64,000 nt of DNA. Origin: a virus (Duplodnaviria > Caudoviricetes). The DNA lies in the IMG/VR virus record IMGVR_UViG_2919425241_000002, positions 32,530-96,529 of that record; one strand, given 5' to 3'. Within the stretch, counting starts at the first letter, position 1. The number at the start of each line of letters is the position of its first letter. The translations under genes were made by a program, and so were the position numbers. Below, piece after piece: positions 56,447 through 64,000 of this stretch. Below the pieces are notes generated by a model that saw only the letters and a list, made by a program, of their open reading frames with translations, searched no databases and was not told the origin of the DNA.

Positions 56447-57586
56447 TTAAGGCGTAGCAACCACTTTCGCGATGCGGAATGCGGATTTCAGCTTGATTTT
56501 ATGGTCAACCCAAGCTGTAAGAACGAACAATTCAATGCCGGTTTTAACGTCTTTGTCACGATCGTATAACACTTGTGGATCGTAGTTGATGTGAGAATAA
56601 CGGAAATCACCAACAATTGGCTTAGTTGCAGAATCGCAGAACACAACAGGCTTTCCGAGAACTTGCTCAGGTTGCGCATTGTACAGTGTTGCATTGCCAT
56701 TTGCCAGCGTCTCGATGATATCCATATAATCCGCATAACGCATCATGATGCTTGCGTTTTCGCGGTAATCTTCATGCAGAGCTGCAATCGAGGCCTTGAT
56801 AGCTTTATAAAGGTCAGACCCCACAACTTCGGTGATGCCATTTTGAGTGGAATAGAAGCTCATCAGCTCTTCACCCGTGGCCGGTGTTGTAGCAAAAGCA
56901 ACTTTCTTCTCTTTTGCAGCAAGACCGCTTTGTAAAGCTTGGTCAACAGTTTGCACAAGGTTCGTGTCCGTAGCCGCCAGGATCGTCTCGGAAATCGGAA
57001 CGAACACCTTGAATTTGTGTCGGCCAAAAGTTACAACGTCACCATCGGCTTTTAGTTCTTTAGCCGTTGCTGTGTCAGCGATGAAATCATCATTAGTGTC
57101 GAGTGTGAAGTTTACTTTCGGGATTTCGAGATTCGCGACACTTGTCACCGTCGCAACATTGCGCAACGGATTTTTCACGAACGGCTCGTGAAGCAACTCA
57201 GTCGACATTGTGGATGGAAGGATCTTCTCTCCACCTGTGCTGTTTCCATCGCCGAGAGCGGCTTTGATTTCCGGAGATACGGTTTTACCACCGATGACCG
57301 CACGAATTAGGGCTGCTTTAGCCGCAGCAACCTTTGCTTTAGGGTCAGCAACGTTCTCAATTGGGTTGCGTTGAAGGTTCTTCAGTTGCTCTGCTTCCAT
57401 TTCGTCATGCTCTTTTTGCAGGATGTCGAAGCGAGCTTTCAAGTTAGATTCCTTTGTTTCCAGCGCCTTAATGTTATCAATGTTTGCATCTGGCTTAGAT
57501 GCTTCTGTCAATTTTTCTTGCTTTGCAGCTGCGTATGCATTGCCGATTGTAACAAGATCATTCTTAAGGTCGAATAAAGTTTTCAT
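56447..57586 (-). CDS. Major capsid protein (HK97 fold)
   Basis: Coiled-coil N-terminus, NPLR, ISET.L, LGKPV.F, GDF...SAFRIA. Confidence 0.92.
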   Translation of the reverse strand: MKTLFDLKNDLVTIGNAYAAAKQEKLTEASKPDANIDNIKALETKESNLKARFDILQKEHDEMEAEQLKNLQRNPIENVADPKAKVAAAKAALIRAVIGGKTVSPEIKAALGDGNSTGGEKILPSTMSTELLHEPFVKNPLRNVATVTSVANLEIPKVNFTLDTNDDFIADTATAKELKADGDVVTFGRHKFKVFVPISETILAATDTNLVQTVDQALQSGLAAKEKKVAFATTPATGEELMSFYSTQNGITEVVGSDLYKAIKASIAALHEDYRENASIMMRYADYMDIIETLANGNATLYNAQPEQVLGKPVVFCDSATKPIVGDFRYSHINYDPQVLYDRDKDVKTGIELFVLTAWVDHKIKLKSAFRIAKVVATP

Positions 57587-58327
57587 TTAAATACCTCCCA
57601 GGTATGATTTCAAATTTTGTAATTCAAGTCTTGCGATATTGGCAATATCCTGCCGCTGTTGCTCTGTCAAACCCTTATTTTCAGGGGTTGCGGGCTCCTC
57701 TTTTGGGATAATTGCGGCCGGAACGTTACGGTATTTAGCTAAGAGTTTGTTATTGGCATGAGCCGCAACTTGCTTGGATTCCCCTACTACATCACAGAGT
57801 CCATAGTCAAATGCCTCTTGCGCAGTCAGCCAAGTTTCTGCTTCCATAAGTGAGATAAGATCGTCCTCAGATAGATTATCTCCCGCCTTGGTAAGGTAAG
57901 ACTGTCTGATCGACGTATCAACCTTCTCCAACATGTCCGCGGCTTCACGAAGGTCTTTAGCGTTTCCTGCGGTGTACATCCATGCATTGTGAATCATCAT
58001 CATAGCGTTGCTTGGCATGATGATCGTATCGCCTGCCATCGTAATGACCGATGCAATTGACGCCGCAAGCCCATCAACATGGATATTTACATGCGCCTTG
58101 TGGCGCTTAAGCATGTTGTAGATAGCCACTCCCTCGAAGACGTCGCCGCCGGGCGAATTGATGTACACGTTCAGTGTTTTAAGCTCACCTAGCGCATCCA
58201 GTTCGCCTTTGAAGCTTTTTGCAGAATGGGCATAATAACCACCGCCCCATGACGCAATCTCAAGGTAAAGGTAAAGATCAGCTTCGTCAGTCGTTTGGTT
58301 TTTAAATTCCCAAAACTTTTTGCTCAT
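57587..58327 (-). CDS. ClpP-type prohead protease
   Basis: INSPGGDVF, AASIAS, MMIHNAW, ETWLTA.EA..YG. Confidence 0.92.
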   Translation of the reverse strand: MSKKFWEFKNQTTDEADLYLYLEIASWGGGYYAHSAKSFKGELDALGELKTLNVYINSPGGDVFEGVAIYNMLKRHKAHVNIHVDGLAASIASVITMAGDTIIMPSNAMMMIHNAWMYTAGNAKDLREAADMLEKVDTSIRQSYLTKAGDNLSEDDLISLMEAETWLTAQEAFDYGLCDVVGESKQVAAHANNKLLAKYRNVPAAIIPKEEPATPENKGLTEQQRQDIANIARLELQNLKSYLGGI

Positions 58328-58356
58328 TTTTTATTATCACCTCCTCCACAAAGTAA

Positions 58357-59577
58357 TCAGTCAGCTTTTGTTTTCGTGATATTTCGTTGGTCTACAGGTG
58401 TATCGATCGGGTACAAATCACCGCTAATAAAGAGCTTTTCTCCGCCTGGCTCAGGAGGTTGTTCCAACATTGCGCGTACTTCGTTTGGCTTGTAGATACC
58501 GGAACGAATGGCTTTGAAGAACGCCTCCATTTGAGTAGCCATATCCGCACGCAGAAGAGCACCGACATTGAACTTGTAATAAAGTCCAGATCGGCGCTCC
58601 TGTGGGGTAAGCAGCTTTCTATTAAATTCCTGTTCATAATGTCGGACAATGGCTAATAATGTGTATGTGACATACTCAAGGCTCATTTGCTCCATGCTTG
58701 AGTAACTAGCACCTTCAGTCTCGCCTAACATACTAACTGGCATATTAAACACTGTAGCGACGCGTGATCGAGTGATTTTTTCGACTTCGAACACCTTTGT
58801 ATCGATAAATTTCTTTTCGATAGGCTCAATTTCAATCCCTGATTCCTGGATCAACACGCCGCCATTATCCTTGTAAAAATCCTTGAAGTTAGCGATTACT
58901 TCAGCTTTCTTTTCCTTACCGACATGAGCTGCATATTTCAGGATGAATGATGCGTGGATAGCACCTTCCATCTGGCTTAAGCTAAACTCACGAACCTCTC
59001 GGTCAAAGTCAATTGTATTCTTCAACACGTCGATTGGACTGATGCCTTTATAACCGTTTTGAATCGTATGAATGTGCTTGACGTGAATCATATCAAGATT
59101 ATGGACGTAATAACGGCCCTTCTCGCCGTCTATTTCATACCATAAATCGCCAGAATCCACTTCAATAATCGGACTAACACAGGTAGGATCCAGTATGATA
59201 AGCTGCTCCAATTGTTGCATCCTGCCATACATCTTCAATGCATATCCATTTCCGTGTACATTTCTGTGCGTCTCGAGTATTCGAATGAAATCAAAGCTAG
59301 TCATGTTATTGTTTGGCGCGTTTGATATTTTGTCCGACACATCTGTTTGAACCGGTTTGAAGTCGCGGTAAAGTTTCAACGGCAGCGTTGACATTGAATT
59401 GGAGAGTCGCGATACAGCCGCAAATATCGTCTCATTGTTGGCTAATTTACCACTAGTTCCCCACTGGAAGATTGATTTCCCGCCACGAAACCACCTTGAA
59501 AAGTTACCGTCAGTTACTTCGTTATAACTATTCCTAATTACACGCCAAGCAACTTTAGCTCTCTGCCATATATTCAA
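58357..59577 (-). CDS. Portal protein (HK97 family)
   Basis: GNGYA, GISPI, VA.VF.MP..LG, PNEVR. Confidence 0.92.
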   Translation of the reverse strand: MNIWQRAKVAWRVIRNSYNEVTDGNFSRWFRGGKSIFQWGTSGKLANNETIFAAVSRLSNSMSTLPLKLYRDFKPVQTDVSDKISNAPNNNMTSFDFIRILETHRNVHGNGYALKMYGRMQQLEQLIILDPTCVSPIIEVDSGDLWYEIDGEKGRYYVHNLDMIHVKHIHTIQNGYKGISPIDVLKNTIDFDREVREFSLSQMEGAIHASFILKYAAHVGKEKKAEVIANFKDFYKDNGGVLIQESGIEIEPIEKKFIDTKVFEVEKITRSRVATVFNMPVSMLGETEGASYSSMEQMSLEYVTYTLLAIVRHYEQEFNRKLLTPQERRSGLYYKFNVGALLRADMATQMEAFFKAIRSGIYKPNEVRAMLEQPPEPGGEKLFISGDLYPIDTPVDQRNITKTKAD

Positions 59578-59584
59578 ATTTTCA

Positions 59585-61300
59585 TCACCCCCTTAGCAGA
59601 TCCTTGATAGATACAAAGTCAACATTCCCACTTAGTTCAGGTGCTGCCATACGCTTGATCGTTTCGGTGTGTGCGTTGAGCCAAGCGGCAAAACCATCTA
59701 TCTTACGATATCTACCTTGCTTTGTAGGTAACCAATTTCCGTTTCGATCCTCAACCAATTTCACATTGTTCAAGTACCAACGCAGCAGCTTGTTGTTGTT
59801 ATAAATGATTTTGCCATCAAGCAGCAGTTCTTTAATATCTTTGAGTGGGATATTGAGAGTAAGTGCACCTTGTCGGACTATTTCGCAGACAAAGCCGAAT
59901 GCCTTCAGATCCTCTACTAACCGATAAGCATTGGCAGGGTCAAAGGTGATTAAATCGATTTGGTAAAGTTTCGATTGTTCGACAAACCAGTCAAAGACGT
60001 ATTTGTAATCGACATAAGCACCCGGGCAGATCGTGAGCAGTCCTTCTTCCTCCCACTCCTTAAACGGTAGCTTCTCATTATCCAAATCCACCTTTTTCTG
60101 TGGCACCCAGGAATGAGACAAAACAAAAACGCGTCCATCGTCGAGTGCGAACTCGAGACACGCGCTTGTGAAGTCTTCTGTTTGTGACAGGTCGAAACCG
60201 CCAACGCAACTACGGCCTCTCAACGTTTGTATATCGATGACCTTGTTGTTCTTCTTGATGACTTCGAAATCAATGAATGATTGCTCATCTGCTTGCACGA
60301 ATAGGTTTAAGCGTTTTGTTATAAAGTCGTTTCGCTCTGCCGGGATGTGCTGTCGGCTTTCCCATTCCTCAATCAGCGTATCAATTTTCAATGTTGTTCC
60401 TAAGCTAGGGTTCGCCTTAATCCAGTTGTCCGGATTGTTAAGATCATCATCCTCATCGAGTTCAGCCATGAAGTAAAAGGTACGCTCATCTTGAATAACA
60501 CCGCTCAATACATCTGCACCCTTCTCGTAATAATCCATGAGTGGACCGTCGAGTTGGTACCCTGCAGTTGTGATATAAATCAACATCGGCTGTGATCTAG
60601 CCCCGGTGCTGTTCTTAATAACATTAATTAGCTTGTAACCTTTATATTCATGGATCTCGTCGAAGACGGCGAATGATGCATTCTTACCATCAAGCTTTTT
60701 ACTGTCGGTCGCAAGCGGTACGATCTTAGAAACCGTCTTACCATATCTTATTTCATGCAGCGTTGATTCAAAGTGACGATCAAGAAGCGCGGATGCCTTG
60801 ACCATCGCCTTGCATTCATCGAACAGCTCTCGAGCTTGTTCTTTTGAATTGGCTAGTTGGAACACTCTGGCGCCGTTCTCGCCATCCTTTGAGGCAGCAT
60901 AAAGAGACAAGCCACTGATCAGAGTGGTCTTCCCATTTTTCCGGGCGACATAAACCAAACCTTCCTTGAATCGCCGAACCCCCGTATTCATATGAACCCA
61001 GCCGTACAAGGATCCGATTACGAAATGCTGCCACGGTTGCAGTTCAAGCCGGTCAAAGTCGCCCTGAGATGGTTTGCAGAACTGCTCAATGTACGTTACT
61101 GGCCTGTAGCCTTTCTCTTCATCGAAGATATAAGGAAAGTTCTCATACCCTTGCCGCTCCAAGTCGTTTAAATGGCGTTGGCATGCCTGGTAAACTTTTT
61201 TCGATGTGATGATTAAGTGAGCAACAACCGCTCTCGCATATGCCGTTGTTTTAAGCTTAGAATTTTTCGAATTCGTCTCGCTTGTCGCTGTCACCATCAT
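59585..61300 (-). CDS. terL: Terminase large subunit
   Basis: VARKNGKT, FDEIHE, ITTAG, GFDLS, KIDG; start moved to the ATG at 61300. Confidence 0.93.
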   Translation of the reverse strand: MMVTATSETNSKNSKLKTTAYARAVVAHLIITSKKVYQACQRHLNDLERQGYENFPYIFDEEKGYRPVTYIEQFCKPSQGDFDRLELQPWQHFVIGSLYGWVHMNTGVRRFKEGLVYVARKNGKTTLISGLSLYAASKDGENGARVFQLANSKEQARELFDECKAMVKASALLDRHFESTLHEIRYGKTVSKIVPLATDSKKLDGKNASFAVFDEIHEYKGYKLINVIKNSTGARSQPMLIYITTAGYQLDGPLMDYYEKGADVLSGVIQDERTFYFMAELDEDDDLNNPDNWIKANPSLGTTLKIDTLIEEWESRQHIPAERNDFITKRLNLFVQADEQSFIDFEVIKKNNKVIDIQTLRGRSCVGGFDLSQTEDFTSACLEFALDDGRVFVLSHSWVPQKKVDLDNEKLPFKEWEEEGLLTICPGAYVDYKYVFDWFVEQSKLYQIDLITFDPANAYRLVEDLKAFGFVCEIVRQGALTLNIPLKDIKELLLDGKIIYNNNKLLRWYLNNVKLVEDRNGNWLPTKQGRYRKIDGFAAWLNAHTETIKRMAAPELSGNVDFVSIKDLLRG

Positions 61301-61646
61301 TGTCGCCACCTTCCGACTTAACAAGGCCCGCGACCTTCCGATCTGATGCCGGTGTAAGCTTGAGCTCAGCTTGCAGCTTTCGCTGCTGCTCAACAATCTT
61401 CAAAACTGCATCGACCGATTTGTTTGAACGGTACATTTCCTGCGTGCCGTTTTTGAACAATTCAACCGAGCCGCGTTTTTTGATATCCTCAATGTGTGCT
61501 CGCTTCAATTGCTCAAGCAACACCATATTATCGACCAGCATAATTGTTCGCTCGCTTAGGTTGTTATCGATCTCGAGTTCTCTGACAAGAATTTTGAATA
61601 ACTCCCTGGCAGCGACGGACGTAATTATGGCTTTGGGTTTAAACAT
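61257..61646 (-). CDS. terS: Terminase small subunit (P27 family)
   Basis: ELKLTPAS; directly upstream of terL. Confidence 0.85.
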   Translation of the reverse strand: MFKPKAIITSVAARELFKILVRELEIDNNLSERTIMLVDNMVLLEQLKRAHIEDIKKRGSVELFKNGTQEMYRSNKSVDAVLKIVEQQRKLQAELKLTPASDRKVAGLVKSEGGDNDGDSDKRDEFEKF

Positions 61647-61695
61647 TGAACCCCCCCTCCCATACGAAAATATTATCCGCGCCGAAAACGAATGT

Positions 61696-61704
61696 GGACA
61701 CGCG
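61696..61704 (-). other. Putative cos site (CGCGTGTCC on the minus strand)
   Basis: GC-rich 9-mer after GAC, between C/G runs in the HNH-terS gap, the usual position in HNH/cos phages. Confidence 0.45.
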
Positions 61705-61830
61705 GTCTTAGCGTTTAAATCATTTTAAAATCGAAAGGAGGGGGGATTGGACAACTTTTCGACATCTAGAACGTTGGACAGGTTCCATGCCTGTACGGCG
61801 CTCCTAGCGCGTCTGACGACATGCATATAA

Positions 61831-62196
61831 TCACCTCAATTCTCTATTCGCATTCGACTGGATGATGCGAGCAACTCTTGTCTTTACTTTTGTTTTCTCT
61901 TTCACACCATGCACTGTGTTATGACATGAATTGCAAAGACTCTCCAGGTTATCAAGGTCCAATCCTTTCTCACGATCATCACGTAAAGGTATGATGTGAT
62001 GGACCATATCTGCCGGCACCAGTTTCTTTTTACTGAAGCATCTTCGACATAAGTAGTTATCCCTAGTAAGAGCTTGCTTCCGGACCTTCTGCCAGTCTGT
62101 TGAATTGTAGAAAGCTTTGGAATCCTTATCACGTTTGAACTTATCGTAATACCGATCTTCCTCAGTCCTTCCTCTGTTGCTACTCATCAAGATCAT
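61831..62196 (-). CDS. Terminase-associated HNH endonuclease
   Basis: FYNS..W..VR...L.RD.YLC..C...VHHI...NLESLC..CHN..H. Confidence 0.92.
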   Translation of the reverse strand: MILMSSNRGRTEEDRYYDKFKRDKDSKAFYNSTDWQKVRKQALTRDNYLCRRCFSKKKLVPADMVHHIIPLRDDREKGLDLDNLESLCNSCHNTVHGVKEKTKVKTRVARIIQSNANRELR

Positions 62197-62544
62197 TAAT
62201 CACCTCATTTCAGCAAAGCAAAAAGCCCATCCTCGAAAGAATGAGCCTCGTCATATTTACTTCCCTTTATAGCACCCATGTGACTAAGGCGTTTGTTTAA
62301 GACCTTAAGACCGTGGAACTCACCGTCGTTCCACACCTCACTCGACCTTTTCTTACGAAAAGGCCATATATTTTAACTTCGTCGAATTAACATAAGGATC
62401 TTTAAAACACCGTCTCAGTAACTAAGTACGTATAAAGAAAAGACCTTATTATTTTATAATGTAGGAAAAAATCAGCGGTTTTCAAATTCGTCCATATTCG
62501 GTCAAAATCATCCGTTTTTCGAATGTTGGAGATACTCGATCTCA

Positions 62545-62574
62545 CGAATGCTTGTTCTTACGAACTTACGTTCC
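62545..62574. promoter_or_regulatory. Tandem LexA boxes CGAATGCTTGTTCT and CGAACTTACGTTCC
   Basis: Two consensus-like boxes 2 bp apart. Confidence 0.65.
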
Positions 62575-62672
62575 ACTTTCTTTATCTAAAGTTAATCTAT
62601 TGTTCGCTTTCAAAAAGGTAGATTCTGAGGGTAAAATTGTTATGTAACTACTGAAAAGGAGCTGATTTTGCT

Positions 62673-62915
62673 ATGCCAAACAACCCACCTAAAAACCCAG
62701 GAGTTCACACAGTCCCTAACCCTAATGGTGGATGGGACAACAAGCAAGGCGGCAAAGTCAAAAGCCACGCTGATACAAAAGCTGAAGCTCAGAAACTCGG
62801 CAGAGAGCAAGCAATTAAAGATCAAACTGAGCATCGCATTCATAACAAAGATGGGAAGATCGGACAATCTAACAGTTATGGGAACGATCCAAACCCACCT
62901 AAAGATAAGAAATAA
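62673..62915 (+). CDS. DUF2188-family protein
   Basis: HTVP...GGW...TKAEA...GR..A.....EH.IH.KDG.I...NSYGNDP.PPKD. Confidence 0.88.
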   Translation: MPNNPPKNPGVHTVPNPNGGWDNKQGGKVKSHADTKAEAQKLGREQAIKDQTEHRIHNKDGKIGQSNSYGNDPNPPKDKK

Positions 62916-62952
62916 ATTACTCCCAAAATAGGACAAGGAGGTGGAATGCGAT

Positions 62953-63132
62953 ATGGCACTAATTGCTAGAGAAACACAAGCACAAATCGCTAAAGAGTTG
63001 ACATTATCATTAATTTCTAGAATTAATCCAACAGATAAATCAACATCTTCTGCTATGAATGAATCATTGGCTCAAGAAGTAGCGATAGCTTATGAAGTGA
63101 TATTCAAAAAAATTAGAGAAGTAACCGAGTGA
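62953..63132 (+). CDS. Hypothetical protein
   Basis: AAGGAGGTG RBS. Confidence 0.55.
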   Translation: MALIARETQAQIAKELTLSLISRINPTDKSTSSAMNESLAQEVAIAYEVIFKKIREVTE

Positions 63133-63167
63133 CAACCACCTAACCACTAGCCCCCGCTGGTGGTTTT

Positions 63168-63629
63168 TCATTTCCGCTCGATCGGTACTTCACCAAGCAG
63201 TAATATCGCCTGTTCTCTTCTCTCATCACTGACAAACCCTGAATAACTCTTACAGTGAATCAAATGCGGCAGCAGCTTGCCCATGTCGTCATCGTCATCA
63301 AGAATAATGAAACTCTCGATCGGTTGCAGCTTGAATTCATCCATAAACAACTGAATCTCTTTGCCGCGGATCTCCCAATCCAATACTGGAGTTTTCCCAA
63401 TCACATACTTGTCGAGATCATACCAAGAAAACAGCTTCTTAATTTCTTTGATCGATAATCCTTTTCGCCAAGTCGAGGAAAGAACAATATTAGCGCCAGT
63501 GCGTTTAACCACTTCACGCAAATTACGAACAGCAACCGGACAAAACTCTTGCATCATGTGTAATCTGCTTCGTACCATGTAATTTCTATGATTCATGACA
63601 CCATCAATGTCTAGGAAGATTAGCTTCAA
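63168..63629 (-). CDS. HAD-family phosphatase, copy 2
   Basis: 14 differences over 153 aligned positions from 2109-2567. Confidence 0.85.
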   Translation of the reverse strand: MKLIFLDIDGVMNHRNYMVRSRLHMMQEFCPVAVRNLREVVKRTGANIVLSSTWRKGLSIKEIKKLFSWYDLDKYVIGKTPVLDWEIRGKEIQLFMDEFKLQPIESFIILDDDDDMGKLLPHLIHCKSYSGFVSDERREQAILLLGEVPIERK

Positions 63630-64000
63630 GACTTATCGCCATCCTTTTGTTTTGTACGAGAACGAATTTTAAAGACGTTGAGAATTACGCTCAAGATCAC
63701 ATACGTCCAAAACCCGCTAACCTCGAATCCCGGCAAATACGCAGACAAGAGCCATAGTTTGACCGGAGTCAAAACCAGTCCGATTATGAATAGAATCACA
63801 CTCGTTACGCATCCGACTCCAACAGAAATGGCTAGAAGGCTGATCACGAATAACCAAGTGAATAAATAGCTTATTACCACCATGAAACAGGTTGCCAGGA
63901 TCATGGTTTTAGTGCTGTCAATGTGAACATGCTCGCTGAAATAGTTAGAACTAACCCAAAATACGGCGAATGTAATTAACGCATTTAATATGCTTCTCAC
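63626..64000 (-). CDS. 4-TM membrane protein (YvlD/phage holin 4-TMS-like)
   Basis: Four TM segments; LPGFEVSGFW. Confidence 0.7.
   Translation of the reverse strand: MRSILNALITFAVFWVSSNYFSEHVHIDSTKTMILATCFMVVISYLFTWLFVISLLAISVGVGCVTSVILFIIGLVLTPVKLWLLSAYLPGFEVSGFWTYVILSVILNVFKIRSRTKQKDGDKS

Larger units (their letters stand above)
6059..64000 (-). mobile_element. Prophage B: temperate cos-type siphovirus integrated in gerE; far end lies beyond the window
   Basis: Integrase, replication, repressor, lysis, tail, head and terminase modules with no obvious frameshift in core genes. Confidence 0.93.

Noticed and set aside
61301-61396. N-terminal extension of terL
   Set aside because: Lies within terS; the ATG at 61300 matches the expected TerL start
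63144-63629. HAD duplication as an assembly artefact or terminal redundancy
   Set aside because: The copies differ at many positions and have different neighbours
1-64000. tRNA, rRNA, IS elements, retrons
   Set aside because: No cloverleaf/T-loop signature, transposase or RT motifs seen by eye; tRNAscan-SE and HMM searches would be needed to exclude them fully

Overview
The window is almost entirely prophage DNA from a spore-forming Bacillales host, probably Paenibacillus (inferred from the GerE and RpoZ sequences and a copper-amine-oxidase N-terminal domain protein). The only recognisable chromosomal gene is a 49-codon piece of the mother-cell regulator gerE (5912-6058), stranded between two different elements. 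On the left (1-~5911) is the end of a tyrosine-integrase element whose att-like sequence abuts the gerE start and leaves it with no RBS or promoter. On the right (~6059 to >64000) is an apparently complete cos-type siphovirus prophage that cuts gerE at ...HISNV| and has a large serine recombinase next to the junction. This prophage is unusually permuted: the integrase and a putative RDF lie at the end of the replication/ArpU operon, not beside the repressor. It carries replication, immunity, FtsK/relaxase, lysis, tail, head and packaging modules. Cargo includes rpoZ, yyaC, a DUF1360-like protein, an Mrr-type nuclease, a SEC-C nuclease-like protein, a MORN-CSD protein and a repeat-delimited cassette array with two candidate SigK-driven anti-Shine-Dalgarno sRNAs. 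The best candidate for an undescribed system is a doubly interrupted gerE that needs two chemically different excisions to be rebuilt during sporulation. All family assignments come from motif recognition by eye; no searches were run.
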